From: an uncultured Planctomycetia bacterium
Lineage (GTDB): Bacteria > Omnitrophota > Gorgyraeia > VGKN01
NCBI GenBank assembly: GCA_964506845.1
Contig: CAZDNS010000005.1
Coordinates: 2,975-60,610 of the forward strand
Length of the DNA: 57,636 bases
Direction of reading: 5' to 3'
Program-made: the position numbers and the translations under genes
Part shown: piece after piece, positions 37,738 through 48,015 of the stretch
How positions within the stretch are numbered: position 1 is the first letter of the stretch
Layout of the letters: each line of letters opens with the position of its first letter
The notes under the pieces: model-generated
Database searches by the model: none
The model's input: the letters and a program-made list of their open reading frames with translations, nothing else
What the model was told of the DNA's origin: nothing

Positions 37738-39019
37738 AATGAAAAGTCTTAAAAAAGGAATTACTGTATTAGCAGGCCTTGTATTAATTCCTCTTATTAC
37801 GACAATATTATATGAACAGGTAGGAACTAAAAACGGATTTATTGTTTTATCAAAAAGATCGGTTGCGGAAATGGCAAACTTGGCCGTCGGACTTTATGAC
37901 CCATATAAATCTAAGATAAAAAGAACCATACTCTATCCGCCACATACGGCAAATAGCGTACCAGAGGAACTTCTGGATACAAAGGAAAGGCTTTTGGATT
38001 TTATCAGTCTGGATAATTTCCTTAAGGAGCATCTAAAACTAAGAGGTTACAAAAACGGTGACATAACGTACAGCCGTTTTGAGTTTTTTTACCAACCAGA
38101 GGATGAGCCAAGCCTTGGTATCCTGCGCGATAGATTTGCCATGGATGAGATTATCCGAAACGGCAGGGATGATTTTGAGAAACTCCTGAACTTAGCCAAA
38201 TGGGTGAACAGGCAATGGGAATATGGCATTCCAAGGAATGTTCCCTTTAATTTTAATGCCATAGAGCTACTTGACAGAGCGAAAAAGGGAGAGCGTTTCT
38301 TCTGCAGCGAATATTCAGTTGTGTTTATCCAGTGTGCTCTTAGCCTTGGTTTTCAGGGAAGGTATGCGGGGTTAAAGAACCATGTGGTTTCAGAGGTCTG
38401 GCTTGATGACTATAAAAAATGGGTGATGTTTGACCCTACCTTTTGCATATACATAAGTCATAAAGGAGTGCCCTTAAATTGCCTTGAGATTCACAATACG
38501 TTGATAGAGGGCAAACTCAACGAGCTGGAAATAGTTGAGTTTGGTCCACAAAACTCCCTAAAAATAAGCAAAGAAAGATTACTAGAAAATTATAAAAAAT
38601 TTTATATAAGGATGAGAAATGATTGGTTTACGAATAAACTCCCTCACTGGTATCCTCTCTCAAACTCGATAATGAACGGCGTTGAATGGGTAGACTATGC
38701 CACGCAAAACTCCATAGGTATCGCCAAAGAAACCTCTTTAAGAGACGACCTCTACTGGACTTTAAATGAGACCAGGATAAATATAGTTAAAAGAATAGAG
38801 AAGGGAGAAGGGTTTATAAAATTAAGGTTGATACTGGATACGCTTACCCCGAATTTCTCTCATTTTAATATCAGTATCAACGGAAAACCATTTTTATTAA
38901 AAGAAGGAAACGAACTCGATTGGGTAGTGGTTAAGGGTAAGAATATCCTCGTGGCGCAGGCAGTGAATACATTTGGAAAATACGGAAGGCCTGCTTCAAT
39001 CGAATTTATCTTAATATGA
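37727..39019 (+). CDS. Membrane-anchored transglutaminase-like protein
   Basis: FFCSEYS...HVVSEVW...WVMFDPT (Cys-His-Asp triad); N-terminal TM. Confidence 0.8.
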   Translation: MRDKMKSLKKGITVLAGLVLIPLITTILYEQVGTKNGFIVLSKRSVAEMANLAVGLYDPYKSKIKRTILYPPHTANSVPEELLDTKERLLDFISLDNFLKEHLKLRGYKNGDITYSRFEFFYQPEDEPSLGILRDRFAMDEIIRNGRDDFEKLLNLAKWVNRQWEYGIPRNVPFNFNAIELLDRAKKGERFFCSEYSVVFIQCALSLGFQGRYAGLKNHVVSEVWLDDYKKWVMFDPTFCIYISHKGVPLNCLEIHNTLIEGKLNELEIVEFGPQNSLKISKERLLENYKKFYIRMRNDWFTNKLPHWYPLSNSIMNGVEWVDYATQNSIGIAKETSLRDDLYWTLNETRINIVKRIEKGEGFIKLRLILDTLTPNFSHFNISINGKPFLLKEGNELDWVVVKGKNILVAQAVNTFGKYGRPASIEFILI

Positions 39020-40239
39020 TGCGCTCTCTATATATATCCTATGACGGTGCCTGTGATTCAATAGGGCAGTCTCAGATTCTGCCTTATTTAAAGGGCCTCT
39101 CAAAAGAAGGAATTGATTTTACGCTTCTAACATATGAGAAGAAAGAAGCGCTCTTAAACAGAGAAATGGTTTCTGCCTTAAAGAGCGATTTAGAAGAAAA
39201 TGGTATCAGGTGGGTTTATCTTAAATACACCAAAAAGCCTCCGGTAGCGTCCACGCTCTTTGATATTGTAAAGGGAACTCTTGTGGGTGTATGGCTTGTT
39301 TCTAAGCACAGGATAGGCTGTGTTCATGCGCGAAGCTATGTAACCTCACTGATAGGAGTTATTCTAAAACGCCTGTTTAAAATCAGGTTTATTTTTGATA
39401 TGAGGGGTTTCTGGGCAGACGAGCGCGTAGAGGGCAAAATCTGGAGGACGAAAGGAATTATCTATAAGGTTACTAAATTTCTTGAAAAAAAATATTTCCT
39501 GTTCTCGGATGAAGTGATTGTGCTCACCGAAAAGGCAAGAAATATTATAGGTAGTCTTGATTATGAGGTTAAGGCTAACATAAACGTTATCCCGTGTATG
39601 GTGGATATAGAGAAATTTAACTTTAATATGGAAGACAGACAGTATATCAGGGCGAAATATGGCCTGGATTCAAAATTTGTATTTCTGTATAGCGGGAGCT
39701 TGGAATACTGGTATATGAAAGATGAGATGCTGGAATTTTTTAAGGTAGCAGTGGATTTTATTCAAAACAGTTATTTTTTAGTACTCTCTACAATGGACAG
39801 AAAGTTCATAGAGCCGCTGATTATCTCAAAAGGCATAGGAAAGGATAAATTTACCGTACTGGAAAGGATTCCGTATAACCAGATGCCGAAATTTATTTCT
39901 GCCTCTGATACAGGGATTTTTTTTATAACCCCGGTTTTTTCAAAAAAGGCCTCCTCGCCGACAAAATTTGCCGAATATATGAGTTGCGGCCTTCCGGTTA
40001 TAACCAATTCCGGGATAGGGGATCTGGATGAGTTGATTTCAGATTACAGGGTGGGTACAGTGGTAAATGCTTTTTCAGAAGAGGAATATAAAAACAAAAT
40101 AAGAGCGCACATAGCACTCTTAGAAGCAAGGGATATAAAAGAACGTTGCGTAAGATTAGCAGAGGAGGTATTTGCCCTAAGTTATGGCGTAGGCGCTTAT
40201 GCAAAGATTTATACTAGACTTAACGGAAGTCTGTCTTAA
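39016..40239 (+). CDS. GT4 glycosyltransferase
   Basis: VHARSY, FDMRGFWADE, SPTKFAEYMSCGLPVI. Confidence 0.9.
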   Translation: MMRSLYISYDGACDSIGQSQILPYLKGLSKEGIDFTLLTYEKKEALLNREMVSALKSDLEENGIRWVYLKYTKKPPVASTLFDIVKGTLVGVWLVSKHRIGCVHARSYVTSLIGVILKRLFKIRFIFDMRGFWADERVEGKIWRTKGIIYKVTKFLEKKYFLFSDEVIVLTEKARNIIGSLDYEVKANINVIPCMVDIEKFNFNMEDRQYIRAKYGLDSKFVFLYSGSLEYWYMKDEMLEFFKVAVDFIQNSYFLVLSTMDRKFIEPLIISKGIGKDKFTVLERIPYNQMPKFISASDTGIFFITPVFSKKASSPTKFAEYMSCGLPVITNSGIGDLDELISDYRVGTVVNAFSEEEYKNKIRAHIALLEARDIKERCVRLAEEVFALSYGVGAYAKIYTRLNGSLS

Positions 40240-41162
40240 TGGAAACCGGTAATTCTTTCTACAAGGTTAAGTATATATCCTGCAGGGTCTGCGGTGCAGA
40301 TGATTTTAAACTCCTCGGGATAAGGGGTAATCTTGAATATCTAGGTGCAAAACCCCTTGAAGATGGAACACCGCATATGATTACCAATGTCGTAAGATGC
40401 AATAGGTGCAATTTTGTCTATACCAATCCGTATATTATAACTGATGAGAGGGATAACTTTTATAACGACGTAGAGGATTATAAGCCCTCTTCTTGTGGTA
40501 AAGGAGAGGGGTTATTCAAGAACACCCTTTCTATTTTAGAAAAATTCTCTAAAGGAGGCAGACTGCTTGATATTGGTTCAGGAAAGGGAGAATTTTTAAA
40601 CCTTGCAAGAGAATCAGGATGGGAGGTCTACGGCGTAGAGGTTTCTTGCTCCCTTAGAGGATATTCAGAGAATAAATATAGCCTTAAAATCGAAAGGAGA
40701 GCCCTTGGGGAGGCAAGATATCCGGATGGGTATTTTGATGCCGTTGTTCTAAATATGGTATTGGAGCACCTTGAAGAACCGAACAACGTTATGAAAGAGG
40801 TCTATAGAATTTTAAATGACAGGGGAGTGGTTTTAATTGAAGTGCCTAATATGGATAGCCTTTTGTTAAGGCTGATAAGTTTATTTTATATGCTTAAAAG
40901 GAAGAACTGGTCGCCTTATCTTTCTCCGTTGCATAAACCTTATCATAGCTTTGGTTATTCAAATTCTACCTTGAGATTCCTGCTTGAAAAGCATAACCTA
41001 TTTATAGTTAAGACAATAAACACCAGCCTCTTAGAAAGAGGGATTGAAGAGAGGGAGACTGTTTCACCGCTATTAAGGACAGCCGCCTTAGCTGTAACAG
41101 CCATAGGAGCTATTTTTGGAATGGCAGATGTCTCTATTGTTATTGCAAGGAAAAACAGATGA
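40239..41162 (+). CDS. Class I SAM methyltransferase with N-terminal Zn ribbon
   Basis: CRVC...CNRC; LLDIGSGKG; VLEHL; IEVPN. Confidence 0.88.
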   Translation: METGNSFYKVKYISCRVCGADDFKLLGIRGNLEYLGAKPLEDGTPHMITNVVRCNRCNFVYTNPYIITDERDNFYNDVEDYKPSSCGKGEGLFKNTLSILEKFSKGGRLLDIGSGKGEFLNLARESGWEVYGVEVSCSLRGYSENKYSLKIERRALGEARYPDGYFDAVVLNMVLEHLEEPNNVMKEVYRILNDRGVVLIEVPNMDSLLLRLISLFYMLKRKNWSPYLSPLHKPYHSFGYSNSTLRFLLEKHNLFIVKTINTSLLERGIEERETVSPLLRTAALAVTAIGAIFGMADVSIVIARKNR

Positions 41163-42049
41163 AGAAGGCCATAGTCACCGGTGCAAATGGCATGCTTGGA
41201 AGCGCGCTTATACCGGAATTAAAAAAAACAGGTTTTGAGGTATGCCCTACTGATATCTTTAATACTAACGATATAAGGTTTCTGGATATAAGAAATTTTG
41301 AAGGGGCAAAAAAAATAATTCTGAATTTTTCCCCTGACATAATTTTCCATCTTGCTGCAGAGACCGATGTGGACAGATGCGAGCTTGAACCAGAACATGC
41401 CTATGAGGTTAATACGCTCGGCACTGAAAATATCGCAAGGCTTGCAAGACTTACAGATGCCGTTTTAGTATATGTGAGCACTATGGGCGTATTCGATGGA
41501 AAAAAGGATGGGCCATATAACGAGTTTGACGAGCCAAACCCTGTTAACGTTTATAGCAAAACAAAATGGGAGGGAGAAAAAAGGGTTACAGAATTATTAA
41601 GCCGCTATTATATTGTGCGCGCGGGCTGGATGATGGGTGGAGGCAGAAGGGATAAGAAATTTGTGGCAAAGATACTGGATTTGATTGAGGAAGGGAAAGA
41701 GATTTCCGCAGTTACAGATAAATTCGGAAGCCCCACATTTACCAATGACCTTTCAAAAGCAATGATTGAGCTGATAAAGACAAATCAGTATGGCCTTTAT
41801 CATATTACAAACAGCGGGCATTGCTCCAGATACGATATAGCGGTAAGGATTGTAGAATTTCTTAAGGAGGATATAGTGGTTAGGCCTGTTACCTCAGATG
41901 CCTTTCCCCTGCCTGCCCCCCGCATACGTTCAGAGGCAGCAGAGAGCCTTAAGCTTGACTCTATTGGGATAAAACCGATGCGGCAGTGGGAAGAAGCCTT
42001 AAAGGATTATCTTGCACAATTACTGTTAGAGAAAACAGATGGAAAATAA
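41159..42049 (+). CDS. rmlD: dTDP-4-dehydrorhamnose reductase family
   Basis: VTGANGMLG, HLAAETDVDRCE, VFDG, YSKTK, GSPT, APR. Confidence 0.85.
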   Translation: MKKAIVTGANGMLGSALIPELKKTGFEVCPTDIFNTNDIRFLDIRNFEGAKKIILNFSPDIIFHLAAETDVDRCELEPEHAYEVNTLGTENIARLARLTDAVLVYVSTMGVFDGKKDGPYNEFDEPNPVNVYSKTKWEGEKRVTELLSRYYIVRAGWMMGGGRRDKKFVAKILDLIEEGKEISAVTDKFGSPTFTNDLSKAMIELIKTNQYGLYHITNSGHCSRYDIAVRIVEFLKEDIVVRPVTSDAFPLPAPRIRSEAAESLKLDSIGIKPMRQWEEALKDYLAQLLLEKTDGK

Positions 42050-43154
42050 GATAAGGATACTTTTTCTTACTCCCCATCCGGAAGAGGGGGCAAGCACTCG
42101 CTACAGAGTAAAACAGTTTTTCCCGTATCTTAACTCCAATGGAGTGGAATGTATTTTTCGCCCATTTATGTCTTCTGGTTGTTACAGGATATTATATAAA
42201 AACGGCTATTTAATCAGAAAGAGTTTTAATATGTTAAAGGGGCTTTTTAGGCGCGGCTGTGAATTTATAAATTCAAGCAGGGTGGATATTATATTTGTTC
42301 ATCTGGAAGCCTCGCCACTAGGTATTCCCGTGTTTGAAAGCCTTTTTTCTTATGCAAAGAAACCTCTAATATATGATTTGGACGATGCGATATATATGAG
42401 AAACATAAGTTCGGCGAATAAACTAGCCTGTTTTCTTAAGAATCCTACGAAGATATCCGAAATCATCAAAATAAGCAACCATGTTATAGTATGCAATGAT
42501 TATCTGGGCCAATATGCCCGAAAATTTAACCAGAATATAACAATGATACCCACTTCAGTAAACACCGACACCTTTAAGGCAAGGGATTACGGTAAATCCA
42601 ATGGCAAAAAGGTTGTTATTGGCTGGATAGGTTCTCATTCAACCGCCCGTTATCTTACTCAATTAAGAGGGGTTTTCGAGACACTGGCTAAGAGATACGA
42701 TTTTACTCTCAAGATTATAGGTTCAGATAAAAAAGATTATTTTCCAAATATTAGAAACGTGGTTTATAGCGATTGGTCATTAGAAACAGATATTATGGAT
42801 TTTCAAAGCCTGGATATCGGAATATATCCCTTGCCCGATGACGAATGGGTAAAGGGTAAAACGGGCTTTAAGACTGTGCAGTATATGTCGGTAGGGGTTC
42901 CTTGTGTTGTTTCAAGGGTTGCCAGAAATATAGAGATTGTAAAAGACGGGATAAACGGATTTTTGGCTTCTTGCGATGAAGAGTGGGTTGATAAGATAGC
43001 CTGTCTTATCGAGAACCCTGAACTCAGAAAGCAGATAGGTCTTTCCGGACGAGAGAGTGCCGAGGAACAGTTCTCGGTAAAGGTAAATGCCCCGAAATAC
43101 CTGGATTTATTTCGAAAGGTTTATAGCGAATATTATGGCAAAAGAAACGCTTAA
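42039..43154 (+). CDS. GT4 glycosyltransferase
   Basis: ASTRYRV, YDLDDAI, IGWIGS, DIGIYPL, GKTGFKTVQYMSVGVP. Confidence 0.9.
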   Translation: MENKIRILFLTPHPEEGASTRYRVKQFFPYLNSNGVECIFRPFMSSGCYRILYKNGYLIRKSFNMLKGLFRRGCEFINSSRVDIIFVHLEASPLGIPVFESLFSYAKKPLIYDLDDAIYMRNISSANKLACFLKNPTKISEIIKISNHVIVCNDYLGQYARKFNQNITMIPTSVNTDTFKARDYGKSNGKKVVIGWIGSHSTARYLTQLRGVFETLAKRYDFTLKIIGSDKKDYFPNIRNVVYSDWSLETDIMDFQSLDIGIYPLPDDEWVKGKTGFKTVQYMSVGVPCVVSRVARNIEIVKDGINGFLASCDEEWVDKIACLIENPELRKQIGLSGRESAEEQFSVKVNAPKYLDLFRKVYSEYYGKRNA

Positions 43155-44124
43155 CAAAATGGATTATGAAAGAGGCGGGACCCAAAAGGAATTTTACACC
43201 GAGTCAGAGGTGAGATTTGTAAATTGTCCTTTGTGCGGAGCCGGTCAATATAGAAAGATCTACAAGGAAAGAGGTGCTTTGGGGATAGTAAGTTGTCTTT
43301 CCTGTGGCTTGATATACGTTAACCCGCAGTTAAAGAGCCCTGAAAAGACTTACTGGGGGGACAAGGATAAATATTTTAAGGAGGCGAGATTAATCTTTGA
43401 GGGTAAGGCTGCTCATCACCGAGATAAAAATTATATAGCTGACATAGAGATGATAGCTGATTATAAACCCTCAGGAAATTTTCTTGAGGTGGGAACAAAT
43501 ATGGGCTTTTTTTTAAGGAACGCTCTGGGTCGCAGATGGAACCTTTATGGGGTAGAACCCTCTCCCTCTTTATCGGAAATGGCGAGGGAATATTTTGGTT
43601 TAAACGTAAAAACTGTCTTTTTGGAAGACGCCGGATTTGAGAGCGGATTCTTTGATGTGGTGTCTATGACAGATGTTTTTGAACATATACCCCAGCCCGC
43701 AAGATTACTTTCTGAGATAAGAAAGATTTTAAAACCCGATGGTATATTATTTATCAAGGTTCCAAACGGCCTCTTTAACCTATTTAAACTAAATCTGGCT
43801 AAACTGACAGGAAGGCTAAAGGAGCACGATATATTTGATTCCTACGAGCATGTGGTGCATTATACTGCTAAAACCCTAAGGCATATGCTCAAAAAAAATG
43901 GTTTTACCACAATAAAAACCTGTATAGGAAAACCTATTCAACTTCCTGTATGGCATAGATACGTAGGCAGTTTTTATCAATATCCAAGCCCTTGGATACT
44001 CGACCCCGTTAATCAAAGTCTTAGAACTATTTTCTATTGGCTATCTCTTTTTGAATTCTGGATGAGATTCAAGAGAGCAGGTTACCTGGCTCCAAATTTA
44101 ATTGTTATGGCAAAAAAATCCTAA
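43135..44124 (+). CDS. Class I SAM methyltransferase with N-terminal Zn ribbon
   Basis: CPLC...CLSC; FLEVGTNMG; VFEHI; LKPDG. Confidence 0.88.
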   Translation: MAKETLNKMDYERGGTQKEFYTESEVRFVNCPLCGAGQYRKIYKERGALGIVSCLSCGLIYVNPQLKSPEKTYWGDKDKYFKEARLIFEGKAAHHRDKNYIADIEMIADYKPSGNFLEVGTNMGFFLRNALGRRWNLYGVEPSPSLSEMAREYFGLNVKTVFLEDAGFESGFFDVVSMTDVFEHIPQPARLLSEIRKILKPDGILFIKVPNGLFNLFKLNLAKLTGRLKEHDIFDSYEHVVHYTAKTLRHMLKKNGFTTIKTCIGKPIQLPVWHRYVGSFYQYPSPWILDPVNQSLRTIFYWLSLFEFWMRFKRAGYLAPNLIVMAKKS

Positions 44125-44152
44125 AAAAAGCAGTTTAACTATATAAAAAGGA

Positions 44153-44237
44153 GTAACCGCCAAAGCGCAAAATATCCCTGCCTGCCTGCCGGCAGGCGCA
44201 AAGGCGCAAATAAAGACTTCTGCGTTTCAGCGGTTGC
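44153..44237. repeat. Repeat family B, copy 3 (85 bp; AAAAGGA direct repeats)
   Basis: AAAAGGA at 44146-44152 and 44238-44244; internal variant CCTGCCTGCCTGCCGGCAGG. Confidence 0.85.
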
Positions 44238-44253
44238 AAAAGGAGGAGTTATT

Positions 44254-45369
44254 ATGAAGATTTTGCAGAAATATAAGAATACCTTAATTGTATTTTTGTT
44301 GTTTATTAGCATTGTAGTAAATATGATAGTATATTCGAAATTGTCGGAGATTTCGTTAATTTATACTAACTATTTTACAGCGGAAGAAAATAATTTTTCG
44401 AAAGCGCCCTTTTTAGTAGAACTTTATGACAATGTATACGGTTATGTCTTATTCCGTAGAATTGGCAAACAGTTAGTCAAGGGATTGGTTGATGACAAAG
44501 ATAAAATAGTTGCTGTTTCTAATTGGGTTTTTAATAATATACTTCAGAAAGAACTTGTCCACTCCGCAGATTTCGGTCCATATCTTGATATTCCTATCAT
44601 TGACGATAATTTCCTGAATGTTGTTCGGAGGGGTTACGGATACTGCGACCAGAGTTCCTATGTATTATGCACAATGATGCATTGGCTGGGATTTAAGTCA
44701 AAAATGCTTATGCTGAGGAATGAAACAGGAGAATCTCCGCATACCGTAGCAGTTGTTATAACAAATGGAAGAGAATATATTATAGATACAACTCTTCACT
44801 TTATTTTCTTTGATGATAATGGTGAGCCAATATCTATCGGAGGAATAAAGAACCACCCTGAGTTATTCAAGAGATATAAAGAGATGGTGAACAGGCTCGC
44901 CTTAAGAAAGGGTGAGGCTCCGGTTGATATTAAACCGGAATGGTTTGAAAATGGTAAATTTTTTGAGACCTTTCCATTTTGCAGCAAGGCATATCTATTA
45001 AAAAAGATTAAAGAAAAATTAGGCGGGTCTTTTGTAAATTTAATTGTACCGTCTGCTTTCGCAAGCGAAACTCCATTTCCTTTTTATCACCCTGTTTATA
45101 TAATCAGGTCTTATGATAAGGCAAGAATTAACTGTTTGTTGGGAGATTTAGAAAAAGCACTAAAAATTTTGAACAGTGTAAAAATTAACAAAGATAATAA
45201 GGCTTATATTCACTTCTTGTTTGAGAAAGGGTATATCTTGTACAAACTTAAGCGTTATCAAGAAGCAAAAGAATACTTCGAAGAGGTTCTCGCTTTAGCG
45301 AAACCTCACTTTTTAAAAAATGGTGCGCATTATTTTTTAAAAAAGATTAACGAATCTAAATCGCCATAA
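44254..45369 (+). CDS. Membrane-anchored transglutaminase-like protein with C-terminal TPR
   Basis: GYCDQSS...PHTV...IIDTT; KGYILYKLKRYQEAKEYFEEVL. Confidence 0.75.
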   Translation: MKILQKYKNTLIVFLLFISIVVNMIVYSKLSEISLIYTNYFTAEENNFSKAPFLVELYDNVYGYVLFRRIGKQLVKGLVDDKDKIVAVSNWVFNNILQKELVHSADFGPYLDIPIIDDNFLNVVRRGYGYCDQSSYVLCTMMHWLGFKSKMLMLRNETGESPHTVAVVITNGREYIIDTTLHFIFFDDNGEPISIGGIKNHPELFKRYKEMVNRLALRKGEAPVDIKPEWFENGKFFETFPFCSKAYLLKKIKEKLGGSFVNLIVPSAFASETPFPFYHPVYIIRSYDKARINCLLGDLEKALKILNSVKINKDNKAYIHFLFEKGYILYKLKRYQEAKEYFEEVLALAKPHFLKNGAHYFLKKINESKSP

Positions 45370-45405
45370 CCCTGTGACTATACATTATAAATAGAGGTTT
45401 TTTGG

Positions 45406-47295
45406 ATGTGTGGTATCTGCGGTATTATTGATTATACAGGTAAGCCTGTTCAAAAAGACACAATTCAGGAGATGTGTTCTCATATTAGACATCGTGGCCC
45501 TGATGATGAAGGAATTTATATATCAAATTCGAAATTTAGCGTGGGATTGGGCCATAGAAGGCTTAGCATAATCGATCTTTCGGCATCAGGGCACCAACCG
45601 ATGTCTAATGAAGATGGAACTATCTGGATAGTGTTTAACGGAGAGATTTACAACTTTAAAGACCTAAGGCACGAATTGGAAAATCAGGGACATATATTTA
45701 AATCCGATACCGACACTGAGACAATAATACATCTCTATGAGGAATATGGAATAGACTGCGTAAGAGAATTACGTGGTATGTTTGCCTTTGCGATATGGGA
45801 TGAGAAAAAAGAGAGCCTATTTATGGCAAGAGACAGGCTCGGGAAAAAACCGTTGCTCTATTATCAAGACGAAAATAATTTCTGCTTCGCCTCCGAGTTT
45901 ACTGCGCTTCTAGCAAGCGGACTAATTAAGAGACAGATAAATCCAGAAGTAATAGATTATTATCTTACCTTCGGCTATATTCCTGCGCCACTGGCAGTCT
46001 ACAAAGGCGTATTTAAACTTCTTCCAGGGCACACGCTTATTTTAAGGGATAGAAATATTGCACTGAATCCTTACTGGCAGTTAGATTATTCCAAAAAGAT
46101 TAATATATCCGAGGAAGAAGCGGGGGAAGAGATTTTAAGGCTTCTTAAGGAGGCAGTAAGAATTAGATTATATAGCGATGTCCCCTTAGGGGCATTTTTA
46201 AGTGGTGGAATAGATTCAAGCACGGTTGTTGCTCTTATGAGCGGATTGTCTGGCAAAAGGGTTAAGACCTTCTCAATTGGTTTTGAAGAAAAGGACTACA
46301 GCGAATTAAAATATGCCAGAAAGGTTGCAGAGAGATTTAATAGTGAGCATAACGAATTTATTGTAAAGCCGAAGGCGCTGGAGATTTTGCCCATTTTGGT
46401 AGAACGATACGGAGAACCGTATGCCGATTCTTCCTGTATCCCTTCGTATTATGTCTCAAGAGAGACCAGAAGGCATGTTACCGTAGCGCTAAACGGAGAT
46501 GGCGGAGATGAACTATTTGCAGGGTACGAGAGATACCAAGCAATACTTGCTTCTGAAGTTTATCAGAAGGCTCCCTTATTTTTAAGAGGTATTGTAAACG
46601 GGACTGCAGGTCTTTTACCTGATTCTGTTAATCCCAAAAATAGATTCAGGAGGCTTAAGAGGTTCCTTGAAGGAGCAGCCTTACCCCTTAATCAGAGATA
46701 TGTTAGGTGGGTGGGGATATTCAGTGAGAACTTAAAGAAAAATTTATATTCTGAGGATTTTTCTAAAACCATATCTTCGGTAGATTCCCAGAGATTTATT
46801 GGGCAATTTTTGAGCGATTCAAATGGGTTATCTCTTACTGACGCTCTTTTGTATACCGATACTCTTACCTATCTTCCAAATGACCTTTTGGTCAAGATGG
46901 ATATAGCCAGTATGGCAAATTCACTAGAAGCGCGTTCCCCTTTCTTAGACCATAAACTAATAGAGTTTGTCGCGAAACTGCTCCCAGAGTTTAAATTAAG
47001 AAAATTTGTTAAAAAATATATCTTAAAAAAAGTTGCAGAAGATATGATACCTAAAGAAAATATCCATAGGAAAAAAATGGGGTTTGGCGTACCGGTCGGA
47101 GAATGGTTTAGAAATGAACTGAAAGATTTTTTACAGCAGACGCTTACCTCAAAGGGATCTTTAGGAAGGGGCTATTTTAAACCCGAGGCTGTTAAGGAAA
47201 TAGTAAGGCGTCATATTGAAAGACAAAAGGATTACTCCTTTCAGCTATGGTCGCTTTTGATGCTGGAGCTATGGCATAAGAGGTTTATGGATTAG
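45406..47295 (+). CDS. asnB: Asparagine synthase-type glutamine amidotransferase
   Basis: MCGICG, HRGPD, GHRRLSIIDL, FNGEIYN, LSGGIDSS, GDGGDELFAGY, SLEARSPFLD. Confidence 0.93.
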   Translation: MCGICGIIDYTGKPVQKDTIQEMCSHIRHRGPDDEGIYISNSKFSVGLGHRRLSIIDLSASGHQPMSNEDGTIWIVFNGEIYNFKDLRHELENQGHIFKSDTDTETIIHLYEEYGIDCVRELRGMFAFAIWDEKKESLFMARDRLGKKPLLYYQDENNFCFASEFTALLASGLIKRQINPEVIDYYLTFGYIPAPLAVYKGVFKLLPGHTLILRDRNIALNPYWQLDYSKKINISEEEAGEEILRLLKEAVRIRLYSDVPLGAFLSGGIDSSTVVALMSGLSGKRVKTFSIGFEEKDYSELKYARKVAERFNSEHNEFIVKPKALEILPILVERYGEPYADSSCIPSYYVSRETRRHVTVALNGDGGDELFAGYERYQAILASEVYQKAPLFLRGIVNGTAGLLPDSVNPKNRFRRLKRFLEGAALPLNQRYVRWVGIFSENLKKNLYSEDFSKTISSVDSQRFIGQFLSDSNGLSLTDALLYTDTLTYLPNDLLVKMDIASMANSLEARSPFLDHKLIEFVAKLLPEFKLRKFVKKYILKKVAEDMIPKENIHRKKMGFGVPVGEWFRNELKDFLQQTLTSKGSLGRGYFKPEAVKEIVRRHIERQKDYSFQLWSLLMLELWHKRFMD

Positions 47296-47298
47296 CCA

Positions 47299-48015
47299 AT
47301 GAAGAAATTTTTATGCGTCTTCCTAGGCAGCATCTTGATTATAGGCGTTGTGGCAATATTTTTGAACTTTAAGGTCATAACGCGCCAGGGAATTAACTAC
47401 CAGTTAAGCGTTGTCAGAATACCCCTATATCTTAAACTGATTGATTTTTTTGATAGGCATTATAACTACAAGGAATTGGTAAGGAGGATATTAAAAGATG
47501 TCGGCTCAGAAAGAGAACGTATTTTCAGGATTTTCGAATGGACACATCGCAATATAAGGCGAGTGCCTAAGGACTTTCCCATAATAGACGACCATGTATG
47601 GAATATCATAATAAGGGGTTATGGCGCGTCTGACCAGTCATCGCACGTATTTACAACCCTTTGTAATTATGCGGCCTTAGAGGCGTTTTATACGTGGGTT
47701 TATTCAACGGATAGAACAAAGAGAATTCCTATTTCTTTTGTCAGGTTAAATGCCAGATGGCTTGTTTTTGATCCCTATAACGGAATATTCTTTAAAAATA
47801 AGAGTGGCGATATTGCGGACATAGATAATCTTAAAAACGGGGATTGGGCCATAGAATGCCTCACCGTTACGGAAAAGACTAAATACGATTTTAAAGAATA
47901 CTTTGTTAATTTACCAGAAGCAAAAAATATCGGATTGACAAAGTCTAATATACAATCGCCTTTAAAACGTTTAATTTTCGAGGTGAAAAAATGGGCAAAA
48001 ATAAAACGAAGATAG
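47299..48015 (+). CDS. Transglutaminase-like protein, paralogue of 44254-45369, lacking the catalytic Cys
   Basis: [22 protein letters not shown] aligns with PIIDDNFLNVVRRGYGYCDQSS; WLVFDPY. Confidence 0.65.
   Translation: MKKFLCVFLGSILIIGVVAIFLNFKVITRQGINYQLSVVRIPLYLKLIDFFDRHYNYKELVRRILKDVGSERERIFRIFEWTHRNIRRVPKDFPIIDDHVWNIIIRGYGASDQSSHVFTTLCNYAALEAFYTWVYSTDRTKRIPISFVRLNARWLVFDPYNGIFFKNKSGDIADIDNLKNGDWAIECLTVTEKTKYDFKEYFVNLPEAKNIGLTKSNIQSPLKRLIFEVKKWAKIKRR

Noticed and set aside
9103-44237. CRISPR array or integron attC cassette array
   Set aside because: The repeats are kilobases apart with no regular spacers, most genes have no flanking repeat, and there is no cas or integrase gene in the window. 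The TAAC...GTT ends of family B loosely resemble attC core sites, but this was not enough to call them.
44254-48015. Lasso peptide system (AsnB-like cyclase plus transglutaminase-like peptidase)
   Set aside because: AsnB has an intact N-terminal MCGI glutaminase domain, the partners are membrane-anchored, no PqqD/RRE or precursor is visible, and the context is glycan biosynthesis.
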